Origin: Kiritimatiellia bacterium
GTDB lineage: Bacteria; Verrucomicrobiota; Kiritimatiellia; RFP12; UBA1067
Reading direction: 5' to 3'
Assembly: GCA_050949565.1 (NCBI GenBank)
Contig: JBMNFY010000004.1
Span: forward strand, 1 to 64,000
DNA length: 64,000 nt
A program made the position numbers and the translations under genes. Below the pieces are notes generated by a model. That model did no database searches and was not told where the DNA came from. It was given only the letters and a program-made list of their open reading frames with translations. Positions 19,587 to 29,771 of the stretch are shown here, piece after piece (position 1 is the stretch's first letter; every line of letters begins with the position of its first letter).

Positions 19587-20369
19587 TCAGAGGCGTTTAC
19601 GCCGGAATGCCCGTCCGGCAAGGGCCAGACAGAGCCCTGCGTAGCCGAGGGCATACACAAGAACCGCCAGACAGACGCGCCACTCCACGCAGGGCCACGC
19701 ATGCACCAGCCGTTGCCGTAAGTCAAAAAATTCAACGTGCGGCGCGAACCAGTGAATCGCATACAGGATCCAGCGTCCCGCTCCTGTCTGCGCCGCGGCC
19801 AATGCGGGCAGGCGCTGTCCGAAGACCAGCATGCCGACTATCGTCAACGCGCACAACGTTAACGCGGCGGAGGGCGTCATCACCAGCGACCCCAGCAACG
19901 TCAGCGCCGTAATGATGATCAAAAAACCGACATGCAGCAGCGCGGCCTGAAACAGGATCGGCGTAAACCATTCGCCCTGACGCACGCCGACCAGCACGGC
20001 ATAGGCCAGATAAAACACCAGCAACGCAGAGACCGAGGCCGTCAACGCACCCAGATATTTGCCGAATACTACTGTGCCTCGCGCCACCGGCTTGGCCAGC
20101 AGCGGATAGATCGTGCGGCTCTCAAACTCAGGCGGAAAGAGACGCGCCGAAACGCCCAGTCCAATAATGATCGAGAAGAGCCAGATCAACAGCATCGCCA
20201 GTTCGGAAACGTAGCGGCTGGCACCGCTCACGCCGAACGGCGCAAAAAACGCTGTCGGCAGCAGGATGACGATCGCCAGCAGAAAGACCACGATCAGGTC
20301 TTTGCGCCGGTACAGTTCCAAGACCGAAAGTTTTGCGAGCGCCGCTACTTGCAACAGCCACTGTTTCAC
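19587..20369 (-). CDS. ABC-2 type transporter permease
   Basis: EFESRTIYPLLAKPVARGTVVFGKYLG signature; 6 TM segments. Confidence 0.9.
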   Translation of the reverse strand: MKQWLLQVAALAKLSVLELYRRKDLIVVFLLAIVILLPTAFFAPFGVSGASRYVSELAMLLIWLFSIIIGLGVSARLFPPEFESRTIYPLLAKPVARGTVVFGKYLGALTASVSALLVFYLAYAVLVGVRQGEWFTPILFQAALLHVGFLIIITALTLLGSLVMTPSAALTLCALTIVGMLVFGQRLPALAAAQTGAGRWILYAIHWFAPHVEFFDLRQRLVHAWPCVEWRVCLAVLVYALGYAGLCLALAGRAFRRKRL

Positions 20370-21112
20370 GCCAGCACCTCCTTCTTCGCTGTATCGGTGT
20401 CGAGCACGTTGAGGAAGATACGCTCCAGATTCCGCTCGCCGTCACCGGCGATTGCCTGCATCGCGCCGCAGACTACCAGCTCGCCCTGCTTCAGGATCGC
20501 CACGCGGTCGCAGATCAACTCCGCCTCGGTCAACTCATGCGACGAGAAGAAAACGGTCTTGCCCTGTTCGCGCAATTCAAGGATCAAGTCGCGGAAATGG
20601 ATGCGCGCCAGCGGATCGAGTCCGGTCAACGGCTCGTCGAGAATCAGCAGTTCCGGATCATGCAGCAGCGCTTGCACGATGCCTGCGCGTTGCAGCATGC
20701 CCTTCGAGTAGGTTTTTAGTAACCGCCCCGCCGCCGCACCGAGTCCCACACGTTCGATGAGGTCACTGGCTCGCGCGCGGATCGCCGCGCGCGACATCCC
20801 GCAGAGACCGCCATAAAAAAACAGCAGCTCATGTAAGTTAAGATAGGGGTAATAAGCGGCTGTCTCCGGCATGAAGCCGATGCGGCTACGCGTCGACGCT
20901 TCTTGCGGATCGCCACCCAGCACACGGATGCTGCCCTCGTCCGGTGGCATCAACCCCAGCAGCATCTTGATCGTCGTGGTTTTTCCCGCGCCGTTTGTGC
21001 CTAGAAAACCCAGTATCTCTCCGGATTGAACGTCCAGCGTGAGTCGGCTGACCGCCTGTGTGCTCCCGAAACGCTTCGAGACATCCTGAATAACGACTGC
21101 ATCCATACCCAC
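20366..21112 (-). CDS. ABC transporter ATP-binding protein
   Basis: Walker A GTNGAGKTT, YSKGM signature, LILDEP, SSH. Confidence 0.95.
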   Translation of the reverse strand: MGMDAVVIQDVSKRFGSTQAVSRLTLDVQSGEILGFLGTNGAGKTTTIKMLLGLMPPDEGSIRVLGGDPQEASTRSRIGFMPETAAYYPYLNLHELLFFYGGLCGMSRAAIRARASDLIERVGLGAAAGRLLKTYSKGMLQRAGIVQALLHDPELLILDEPLTGLDPLARIHFRDLILELREQGKTVFFSSHELTEAELICDRVAILKQGELVVCGAMQAIAGDGERNLERIFLNVLDTDTAKKEVLA

Positions 21113-21387
21113 CCGTCCTTTGTTGGTCTAAAGGTACTGCGTTCCTCGCGGTAAATCCAGTTGAAAATCAGTAGAGTGAATGATGATCCGACTGATTCGA
21201 CCGATCCGACGGACCAATCCCCGAAGACAAGCCAGCCGAAAAAGGCCGCGCAGCAAAGCCGACGTCCAATAGGAGGGAGCGGTAATCGGTTAGTGACAGG
21301 GGGGGCAATTCAAGTGCGAGAGATAGCGTCTGTTTTCCCTTGTATTGCCTCTCTGACGCTTCGCAAGTCCGGCGTTTTTCTCTCGTC

Positions 21388-21423
21388 CCCCAGGGTCACA
21401 TATTCGAATATGTGACCCTGGGG
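21388..21423. repeat. Perfect 36-bp palindrome
   Basis: CCCCAGGGTCACATATTC|GAATATGTGACCCTGGGG. Confidence 0.9.
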
Positions 21424-21685
21424 TTTACCGTGGGAAGTAATCGCAATTCGCCAATGCAGTATTGGGTTTCATTGGGTATGGCGGGTGTCTACGTGTCACA
21501 TGTTCGAATACGTGTGTGGCGCCAGATGCGCGGTGCTGAGGCGGATGACACAGTCGATATCGTCATGAAGAAGCCGCGTAACGAAGACGCCTGCCAGCGC
21601 TCAACCGCTCTTCTGAGGAGAAAGGAGGCTTGAATGCAGAGGGGGACATGTGTGAGCGTGCGCCTTGGCATGGTTGAAGGAGGAG

Positions 21686-22240
21686 ATGCACATGCAATGT
21701 CCGGTCTGCAAGAAAAAGACGATGGTTCCGATTGGCCTTGCTGCCGATCTAATGGGGTTGGCCTGTATCGAATGTTCCGGTGTCTGGCTTGATCGCACCG
21801 AATATGATGCATGGCGCTTGAAGCATCCGGGCGAATTGCCCGAAACGGACACGCCAGTGCAATTGGCTGTCTCTGAAACGAACAAGGCGAAGATATGCCC
21901 GCGGTGTGGGTATCTATTGCTCCCCTACCGGGTCGGGCACGGCTTGTCGTTCTCTATAGACTGCTGTAAAGCCTGCGGCGGCGTGTGGTGTGATCGTGGG
22001 GAATGGGATGCGATCAAGGCCAAGAATCTGCACGGCAATCTGCACGACATCGTATCGCACCACTGGCAGGCCACCATCCGCCAAGCCGACGTGCAGGAAT
22101 CAATTGAACAGACCTACGCTCGCCATCTTGGGCCGGATTATGAAAAGGCGAAAGAGATCAAAGCTTGGGTGAACGCTCAACCTCAGCGGGCTTTTCTCCT
22201 AGCTTATCTGGCAGATGCAAAGTGCGAGGGACCTTGTTGA
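21686..22240 (+). CDS. Tandem zf-TFIIB zinc-ribbon domain protein
   Basis: CPVC..CIECSGVWLD and CPRC..CKACGGVWCDRGEW; AAGGAGGAG RBS. Confidence 0.85.
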   Translation: MHMQCPVCKKKTMVPIGLAADLMGLACIECSGVWLDRTEYDAWRLKHPGELPETDTPVQLAVSETNKAKICPRCGYLLLPYRVGHGLSFSIDCCKACGGVWCDRGEWDAIKAKNLHGNLHDIVSHHWQATIRQADVQESIEQTYARHLGPDYEKAKEIKAWVNAQPQRAFLLAYLADAKCEGPC

Positions 22241-22262
22241 AAAACCGTGCGGTCCTCCGCGA

Positions 22263-23543
22263 TCAAGCCTCTGTGAACCGCTCGCGCACGGACCAAAGCC
22301 CGATCGCGGGGTTGCTGATGTAGAAAATCTCCTCGCCGTCGGCCATGACGTTGACGCCGTCTTTTAAGGTTTCTGGGTTGTAGCGCGCCGTCGCCTCTTT
22401 GATGTCGGCATATTTGAAGCCGACACCCTCGATCTCCTCACGCGTCAGATGCCCCGGCGCGTAGGTGATGGTGAAGCGGCCTTCGGATGAGCCGTGGATC
22501 AGGTGCGCTGCTGCGCCCAGATTCTCCTGTAGGTCGGTGTTGGCCTCGACCGCCTCCAGCGTTCGCGGCGTACCGAAATAACCGTACTTGCGGATCAGCG
22601 CGTCGATCTGGGTATCCTCGCCGAACTCTTTCACGCCCGGCGCGAGAATCAGCAGTTCGCCGTCGTCGGCCATCGCCATGCGCGTGCGGTAGATCGCCTT
22701 GTTACCCAGCCAGGTGCTCTTGAACTCGGCGGGATCAAGGTAGACCACGCACTTTTTGAAGGGTTCCGCCACCATCTCGAAATTGACCTCGAGCGCGAGT
22801 GCCGCAGCGCGGTTGAATACCTCGATGTCGTCGCCGACATAGAGCCCGCGCACTGCCATGCCGCCGTCGTCGGCGCGTCCCACGACCGTCTGCACGTAAA
22901 CGGTCTGCGGCATCAGGTGACCGAAGTGGTCGGAACCGTAGTTGAAGAGCCGGCGCACCGGAGTATCGGCCCGCCCCATCATGCGCTCCATGCCGTAAAC
23001 CGCGCCCACGAAGTGGCTGCGGTTGATCGCCACGGAACCGCCGGTGCCGACGAAAAGATTCTTATTGTAGTTGGCCATGCCGACTACCTCATGCGGCACC
23101 ACTTGGCCGATCGAAAGGATCAGGTCGAAGCCGCCTTCAACCAGCAATCGGTTGACCTGAACCGGCCAATCGAAGTTCAAATGGCCCTCGGTGAGTTCGC
23201 TCACGTACTCCGGCGGCACGGTACCCAGCGTTATCACATCGTTGCGCCAGTCATGATCCTTGAAGAGTTCGAGCGGCATGTCGCCGAACATTTCGCGGAT
23301 CTGCGCTTCGGTCATCGGCGAATGGGTGCCGAGCGCCGGTAGCGCGGCAGCGAGCCGTTCGCCGTAATACTCCCATACGTATTGGGTCAGGATGCCGGCC
23401 TGTGAATGAAAACGGGTGAAGTCGGGCGGCAGCACCAACACGCGCTCGCGCGGCCCCAACGCATCCAGCGCGGCAAACAACGTCTCCTTCATCTGCGGTC
23501 GGTCGAGCGTCTCATGCGCCGAGCCGCGGGCAACATACATCAT
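22263..23543 (-). CDS. LarA-like (lactate racemase N-terminal domain, DUF2088) epimerase
   Basis: PPDFTR, ALGTHSPMT, HDW and VVPHEVVG motifs. Confidence 0.85.
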   Translation of the reverse strand: MMYVARGSAHETLDRPQMKETLFAALDALGPRERVLVLPPDFTRFHSQAGILTQYVWEYYGERLAAALPALGTHSPMTEAQIREMFGDMPLELFKDHDWRNDVITLGTVPPEYVSELTEGHLNFDWPVQVNRLLVEGGFDLILSIGQVVPHEVVGMANYNKNLFVGTGGSVAINRSHFVGAVYGMERMMGRADTPVRRLFNYGSDHFGHLMPQTVYVQTVVGRADDGGMAVRGLYVGDDIEVFNRAAALALEVNFEMVAEPFKKCVVYLDPAEFKSTWLGNKAIYRTRMAMADDGELLILAPGVKEFGEDTQIDALIRKYGYFGTPRTLEAVEANTDLQENLGAAAHLIHGSSEGRFTITYAPGHLTREEIEGVGFKYADIKEATARYNPETLKDGVNVMADGEEIFYISNPAIGLWSVRERFTEA

Positions 23544-23808
23544 GGCAAATCCTTTCTTGAGGCTCTAGCAAGACCCTCGTCTTAACAATCTCGCCTCCAG
23601 TTTCGCATATCGTTTGCCTCAAATCAAGACGGTGCAATCGGTTGGTGCCTTATTGGCCGACAAGGCCAATAAAAAAAGTTGTTTCACCACGAAGACACGA
23701 AGGACGCGAAGGTTTTTTAGGAGGCAGTGCTCGGCAAGGATTAAGGGAACCACAGATGCACGGAGGCACAGAGAGTCTTTTATTATTGTTTCCCCGCTTC
23801 GTGTTCTT

Positions 23809-24207
23809 CGGTTAGTGACAGGGGGGGTGGTGTTCTGGTTTTTTCTCACACGAAGGCACGAAGAGCACGAAGGTTTTTTGAGGGGCGTTGCTTGCGTCTA
23901 AATACCTGTCTCTTTGTTGCGCCCTCCGCGCTGTGCGCGGAAGGCGGCTCGTGGGGACACTCGCCCTCCAGTGCTGCGGTCTGGGATCGCGGAGCGCCGG
24001 GAGGGGCAAGCGTCTGCTTGCCCGCGGACGAGCAGACGCTCGTCCCTCCCCGGCGGCGGTCACGCCGCCACCCCGTAAAAAAATCTCTGCGCCTCTGTGT
24101 CTCTGCGTTAACTCTCAACTCTCAACGCTTAGCGGGCGGGGACGCCCGCTCCCGACTGCGTATACACAAACCGCGCACTAAACTCGCGTGCCCCCTGTCA
24201 CTAACCG
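23809..24207. mobile_element. Non-autonomous TIR-bounded element with REP-module cargo
   Basis: Perfect 17-bp TIR CGGTTAGTGACAGGGGG ... CCCCCTGTCACTAACCG. Confidence 0.8.
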
Positions 24208-24405
24208 ATCACGAGTTGAGCGCGTTTTTCGCTTCACGTGTCTGGGGAATACGTGTTACCTTACACACTGAGCGGACGCGGTTTGCGATGGACGGGTAAC
24301 GCGGATCATATAGGGAACGGAAGAAACCGCTCAACAACTTGTTGTACAAAAGCGGCTTGGGGGCGTAGTTTGACATTGGACGACAACCCGTTCGCAGAAG
24401 AAAAA

Positions 24406-25029
24406 ATGAACGAAACAGACATGATCAGAAAACACATCAGGATACTGTACGGTCTCTTCGGCGTCCTCACGGTGGCCTTCCTCATCCTCGCGGTTGCTGT
24501 CTGGAGCAGGTCTCCCGAGGCGATGTTGAAAAACGAACTTCGCGACATCTCCTTCCAGATGTCGCGGTTCCCGGTTCCCGCGCACGAGTACGCGGCGCTT
24601 CAGAGGCTTGGTGAGCAATCTCTGGAAGAACGCATTGCTGAGGCAAAAGCAATCGTCGTGTGCAAACACACGAGTCATTGAGGAAGGATCAAGTGCGAGG
24701 TGACCGAAATCCTGAAGTGCGATGATGACTTTAACCTTCCGTATCAGGTCGGGAATCCAATATCGAGTCACGAACGGAAAATTGAGAAGGAAGATCGGGC
24801 TACTCCGAGCGAAGGCATGATCTCATTCCTTACCGGGTCAATCTTTAGTCCTTCCTCAGCCCTTGTTATTCACGATGGTAAGGTGACCGATGTTCATGCC
24901 GATTCGTCCCGCCCTGCAAGCGATCCGTACGTGATACGGGAGTTCACGGTTGAGCAAGTCAAAGAGATGATCGAATCTGTGAACAAACGGCCGAGGGACG
25001 GGAGCCTTGATGGTCAGGCTCACCCCTGA
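24406..25029 (+). pseudogene. Hypothetical membrane-anchored protein interrupted by an in-frame TGA (24679-24681)
   Basis: ORFs 24238-24681 and 24700-25029 share a frame and read continuously: VVCKHTSH*GRIKCEVTEILK. Confidence 0.65.
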
Positions 25030-25167
25030 CCACATGGCGCAGAAACATACTGATTGCAAGACAGTGTGGCGCGGCGCACGGAAAAGCGGTATACTCCCCT
25101 TTTCTTTTTTCAGCCGTACGGCCTTCTCTGCCGCGTGCGGCGACTGCGCAGATTGTCAGGAGAGTTT

Positions 25168-27195
25168 ATGGTCGCGAAAAAACGTAGAATGGTTGTTACC
25201 TCTGCCCTGCCGTACGCCAACGGCGATATCCATCTCGGGCATCTCGTCGAATATATCCAGACCGACTTCTGGGTGCGCTTCCAAAAGATGCGCGGCCACG
25301 ATTGCGTCTATGTCTGCGCGGATGATACCCACGGTACGCCGATCATGGTGCGCGCGCGTGCAAAGGGCATCACGCCCGAAGAGTTGATCGCTCACAGCCA
25401 TGAGCTGCACACGCAGGATTTTGCCGATTTTGAAATCCACTTCGACAACTATTACTCGACCCATAGTCCCGAGAACCGCGATCTCTGCAACGAGATCTAC
25501 CGCGCCATGCAGCAGAGCGGGGCGATCTCCGTCCAGAAGCTGCCGCAACTCTACTGCGAACATGATGCCATGTTCCTGCCCGACCGTTTTGTCGTCGGGA
25601 CCTGCCCGAAATGCAACGCCGAAAACCAATACGGCGATTCCTGTGACGCGTGCAGCCAGACCTATCCCGCCGAAGAGTTGAAGGACGCGCGTTGCACCCT
25701 CTGTGGTCGGGTCCCGGTAACCCGCGACAGCGAACACCTCTTTTTCGAACTGGAGCCGTTCCACGATTTCCTCAAGGCGTGGATTCCCACCCGTACCGCG
25801 CCGGATGTGGCCAACAAGTTGTTGGAGTGGTTCAATGAGCCGTTGCGCGCTTGGTGCATTTCGCGTGACGCTCCTTACTTCGGCTTCGAAATCCCCGACT
25901 ATCCCGGCAAGTACTTCTATGTCTGGGTCGACGCGCCGATCGGCTACATGGCCTCGTTGAAAAAGTGGTGCGCCGACCACGGCGAATCGTTTGACGCCTG
26001 GTGGCAGAACCCCGAGGCCGAGTTGTATCACTTCATCGGCAAAGACATCGTGCGCTTCCACTGCCTCTTCTGGCCGGCGATGCTGCATACCGCCAACTAC
26101 AAAACCCCCAGCCAGATCTTTGTACACGGCTTCCTGACGGTCAACGGCGAGAAGATGAGCAAATCCAAAGGCACCTTTATCAAGGCGCGCACCTACCTCG
26201 ACCACCTGCGTCCGCAAGACCTGCGCTTTTACTACGCCTGCAAGCTCAACGGCACGACCGATGACATGGACCTCAACCTCAGCGACTTCGTCAGCCGCGT
26301 CAACTCCGACCTTGTCGGCAAGATCACCAACCTCGCTTCGCGCGGCGCACAGATGCTGCACAAAAGTTTGGGCGGCCGCACCGGCGCGATGGATGACGAG
26401 GGCAGGGCGCTCTACCGCAAGGCACTGGACGCGGCGGAGAGCGTCGCCGGTTTCTACGAGGCGCGCGACTTCAGCAAGGTCATGGTCGCTGTGCGCGATC
26501 TGGCCGATCTGGCCAACCAGTACTTCGACGCCAAAGCCCCCTGGGCGCTCGTCAAGAGCGACCCCGAGGCGGCACGCAGCGTGATGACCTCGGTGCTCAA
26601 CATCTTCCGCGTGCTCGCCATCTACCTGCAGCCGATTCTGCCCGCCTACGCCGCCAAGACCGCGAAGCTCTTCAACGAAGCGCCGTATGTCTGGTCGGAC
26701 ATTGAGAAGGCCGTGGAGAATTGCGCCATCCAGCCGTACGAATATCTGGCGACACGCGTCGAGCAAGCGGCCGTGGACGCGATGGTCGCGGCCAGCAAGT
26801 CCGAGGAGCAGGCGCCCGCGCCACCCGCAAAGGCGAAGCCTGCGGCAGCGTTTCCGCCCGTCAAGGAGACTATCGATTACGACACCTTCGCCAAGGCGGA
26901 TCTGCGCGTGGCTAAAGTGCTTGAGGCCGAGTGCGTGGAAGGCGCGGACAAGCTGCTGCGCCTGTTGCTTGACATCGGCGAGTCCAAGCCGCGTCAAGTC
27001 TTTGCCGGCATCCGCAAGGCCTACGATCCGGCCACGCTGGTCGGGCGTCAGGTGGTGATGGTCGCCAATCTCGCGCCCCGCAAGATGCGGTTCGGCGTCT
27101 CGGAAGGCATGATCCTCGCGGCTGGCAATCCGGATGGCGCGCTCTTCGTGGTCGCGCCCGACAGCGGTGCGCTGCCCGGGTCTGTGGTCAAATGA
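25168..27195 (+). CDS. metG: Methionine--tRNA ligase
   Basis: TSALPYANGDIHLGH (HIGH), KMSKS, Zn knuckles, C-terminal OB-fold ANLAPRKMRFGVSEGM. Confidence 0.97.
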   Translation: MVAKKRRMVVTSALPYANGDIHLGHLVEYIQTDFWVRFQKMRGHDCVYVCADDTHGTPIMVRARAKGITPEELIAHSHELHTQDFADFEIHFDNYYSTHSPENRDLCNEIYRAMQQSGAISVQKLPQLYCEHDAMFLPDRFVVGTCPKCNAENQYGDSCDACSQTYPAEELKDARCTLCGRVPVTRDSEHLFFELEPFHDFLKAWIPTRTAPDVANKLLEWFNEPLRAWCISRDAPYFGFEIPDYPGKYFYVWVDAPIGYMASLKKWCADHGESFDAWWQNPEAELYHFIGKDIVRFHCLFWPAMLHTANYKTPSQIFVHGFLTVNGEKMSKSKGTFIKARTYLDHLRPQDLRFYYACKLNGTTDDMDLNLSDFVSRVNSDLVGKITNLASRGAQMLHKSLGGRTGAMDDEGRALYRKALDAAESVAGFYEARDFSKVMVAVRDLADLANQYFDAKAPWALVKSDPEAARSVMTSVLNIFRVLAIYLQPILPAYAAKTAKLFNEAPYVWSDIEKAVENCAIQPYEYLATRVEQAAVDAMVAASKSEEQAPAPPAKAKPAAAFPPVKETIDYDTFAKADLRVAKVLEAECVEGADKLLRLLLDIGESKPRQVFAGIRKAYDPATLVGRQVVMVANLAPRKMRFGVSEGMILAAGNPDGALFVVAPDSGALPGSVVK

Positions 27196-27213
27196 TACGG
27201 CCGGAGCGGCAAT

Positions 27214-27789
27214 CGGCTAGTGACAAGGATGCGTTTCTGGCGAAAAGGGGAGCCAAGAGTCGGGAGCGCGGGCGTCCTCGCCCGCAACAGCGTGTCTTGC
27301 AAAAGGCTGACGCGCATACATGCTCGGTTTTTTATTTTTGACAGGATTAACATGATTAACATGATTTGGAGCGCGGGCGTCCTCGCCCGCAACAGCGTGT
27401 CTTGCAAAAGGCTGACGCGCATACATGCTCGGTTTTTTATTTTTGACAGGATTAACATGATTAACATGATTTGGAGGGCGAGTGTCCCCACGAGCCGCCT
27501 TCCGCTGTGCGGAAGGATGGTTTCTCAGATTTCTTCAGTGCGGAGCACCGGGAGGGGCAAGCGTCTGCTTGCCCGCGGACGAGCAGACGCTCGTCCCTTC
27601 TTTCGGCAGCGGTCACGACGCCAGCCTGTAAAAATCTCTGCGTCTCTGCGTCTCTGCGTTAAAAAAACGCTCAACGCTCAACTTTCAACTTTCAACGCTC
27701 AATTTTCTGCGGGCGGGGACGCCCGCGCTCCCGACTGCGCACGCCGCACAAACCACGCACTCGGCTCGCGTACCCCCTGTCACCAACCG
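27214..27789. mobile_element. TIR-bounded element with REP-module cargo and an internal 105-bp tandem duplication
   Basis: CGGCTAGTGACAAGG ... CCCCCTGTCACCAACCG; 27263-27367 is repeated at 27368-27472. Confidence 0.8.
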
Positions 27790-27791
27790 TT

Positions 27792-28670
27792 TTGCGCTCG
27801 GAGGCGTCTGCCGTGAGCCCGTGGATCGGCGTGTTGCGTCTCTGGGCGCTGACGGCGTCGGTGGTGCCGGTGGCGGCCGGCGCCGCGCTTGCGGCCAGGG
27901 ACGGTCGTTTTTCTTGGCTGATGCTGGCGTTGACCATGACGTCCGGCGTTTGTCTGCAACTAGCGACCAACCTGCTCAACACCTATGGCGACTTTTGCTC
28001 GGGCGTGGACACCGCTGAGCGACCGCCGAACGCGCCGCAACTGGTTTTTGGACATCTGCGGCCCGCCCATGTCAAGGCTGCCGGGCTGCTGGCACTGGCG
28101 TGCGGCGCGGGCGCGGGCATCGCCGCAGCCGCATTAAGCGACTGGCGATTGCTGTGGTTTGCTGCGGCCGGGGTTTTAGGCGCGGGTTTCTATACCACCG
28201 GGATATGCTATAAATATCTGGGCGTAGGCGTGCCCCTTGTCGCCCTGCTCATGGGCGTCTTGATGGTGACGGCCAGCTACTTCGCGCAAACCCTTTCAAT
28301 ATCGCTGCAAAGCTTCATCGTCTCCCTGCCATTGGCCTGCCTTGTCGCGGCGATCATGCATGGCGAAGACCTGCGCGACATGGCGTCCGACCGTGAGGCG
28401 GGCATCCGCACCACAGCCCTGATTCTCGGGCCTGCGGCAGCCCGCGCGCTCTTTGTCGCCCTGCATATCACGCCTTATCTGATCATCGTCATCGCCGTGG
28501 CGACACACATGCTGCCGAAGTTGACGCTCATCACCCTTCTGGGGTTGCCGCTGAGCATCTATTTGTCGCATGCGTGTCTCAAAGGCAAGACCGCGATACT
28601 GGAAGGCAAGACCGCCGCAACACATCTGCTTTTCGGCGTGCTACTTGTGGCAGCCTTGTTAGCCGTCTAA
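27792..28670 (+). CDS. menA: UbiA-family prenyltransferase, MenA-like
   Basis: LTASVVPV, NLLNTYGDFCSGVD, DLRDMASDREAGIRT; start may be GTG 27813. Confidence 0.8.
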   Translation: MRSEASAVSPWIGVLRLWALTASVVPVAAGAALAARDGRFSWLMLALTMTSGVCLQLATNLLNTYGDFCSGVDTAERPPNAPQLVFGHLRPAHVKAAGLLALACGAGAGIAAAALSDWRLLWFAAAGVLGAGFYTTGICYKYLGVGVPLVALLMGVLMVTASYFAQTLSISLQSFIVSLPLACLVAAIMHGEDLRDMASDREAGIRTTALILGPAAARALFVALHITPYLIIVIAVATHMLPKLTLITLLGLPLSIYLSHACLKGKTAILEGKTAATHLLFGVLLVAALLAV

Positions 28671-29168
28671 ATACCTGTCCCCTTGTCGTCAAAATACCTG
28701 TCCCCTTGTCGTCATTTTTACCACAGAGGCACAGGGGCACAGAGTTTTTTTGGGGGCAGTGCTGGCCGCAAGTCGCAGGTCGCAAGTCGCGAGTCAACCT
28801 CTCTTGTTGCGACCACGCATTGCGACCACGCAGTGGCTCGCAACCGTGAGAGTAAAAGCGCTGCTCGGGTTTTTGGAACCACAGAGGACACAGAGGTTTT
28901 TTGGAGAGCATTGCTCGGATTTATTTAACGCAAAGGCGCAGAGACGCAGAGTTTTTTTGGGGCGACGTATCGTTTAAAAGTAGCCCCAAAGGGGCTGTGG
29001 TAGCCGCGCCGCACACGGATTCGCGTCATTCGCGTCATTCGCGGTTTGAAAAAGCCGAGCCATGCCTTTTCGAGTTTTTCGAGTATTTCGTGGTAAAAGA
29101 ATTTGGGTTGCAGGCTCCGCCCGCGTTAGTCGCTATTGCCCTGCTAAATACCTGTCCCTTAGTTGTCA

Positions 29169-29768
29169 TTACTCAACACCATACTGCTTCTTGTTCTTTT
29201 TCCACCACTTTTGCCATTTCTTGACATCGTCATCTGTATAGAACTTCTTTTCCTTCCCAACCGGAGGAACAGGTGGGGTTTCAACGAGTTTGGCTAAGGC
29301 TTTTGCTGCGACTAGACTGACTGGCTCGTAAACGAGGTCGCCCTGCAAGCGTTCCCCTTTTGGCCCCAATTCACCTGAAGTCACAGACTGACACCCATTG
29401 GTAACATTTAGAAGTTCCGCCAATGCAACAATCATATCACGACCATCAACGTATGCGGCATCCTGCACAGCATTCAGTTGTGTCACCGGATCCTCTGACT
29501 TTAATCTCTCGATAATGCGCATACGTTCCTCTAGGTCGCCCATTTTCGCCAACTTACGGCGAATCTGACGAACTTCTACGCTACGTTGCCTGTCTTTTCC
29601 GGTTTCAGATAGTTCTCTTTTTAACTGGGAACGTAAGGCATTGATAGCTGCTTTATCTCCCCCTCCCATCGGCGCACTTTTGGGTGGCTGGTCTTCAGCG
29701 AACAGAAGAACCACTGAAAACAGCATAACAAATACAGAGCATATGATAGTCTCTTTTCTTCGTTTCAT
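29169..29768 (-). CDS. Hypothetical secreted helical (HEAT-like) protein
   Basis: Signal peptide MKRRKETIICSVFVMLFSVVLLFA, C-terminal WQKWWKKNK, GAGGTG RBS; visibly AT-richer than neighbours. Confidence 0.8.
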   Translation of the reverse strand: MKRRKETIICSVFVMLFSVVLLFAEDQPPKSAPMGGGDKAAINALRSQLKRELSETGKDRQRSVEVRQIRRKLAKMGDLEERMRIIERLKSEDPVTQLNAVQDAAYVDGRDMIVALAELLNVTNGCQSVTSGELGPKGERLQGDLVYEPVSLVAAKALAKLVETPPVPPVGKEKKFYTDDDVKKWQKWWKKNKKQYGVE

Positions 29769-29771
29769 GAT

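Noticed and set aside
21560-21620. attC-like remnant upstream of the zf-TFIIB gene
   Set aside because: Pairing too weak and no core-site complementarity
24679-24681. Selenocysteine or genetic-code read-through of TGA
   Set aside because: TGA terminates many normal genes here and the context is not a redox motif; a nonsense mutation is simpler
25156-26997. Long antisense ORFs (also 32207-33523, 50523-51878, 57868-59367, 42617-43774)
   Set aside because: Shadow frames of well-supported high-GC genes, with no motifs of their own
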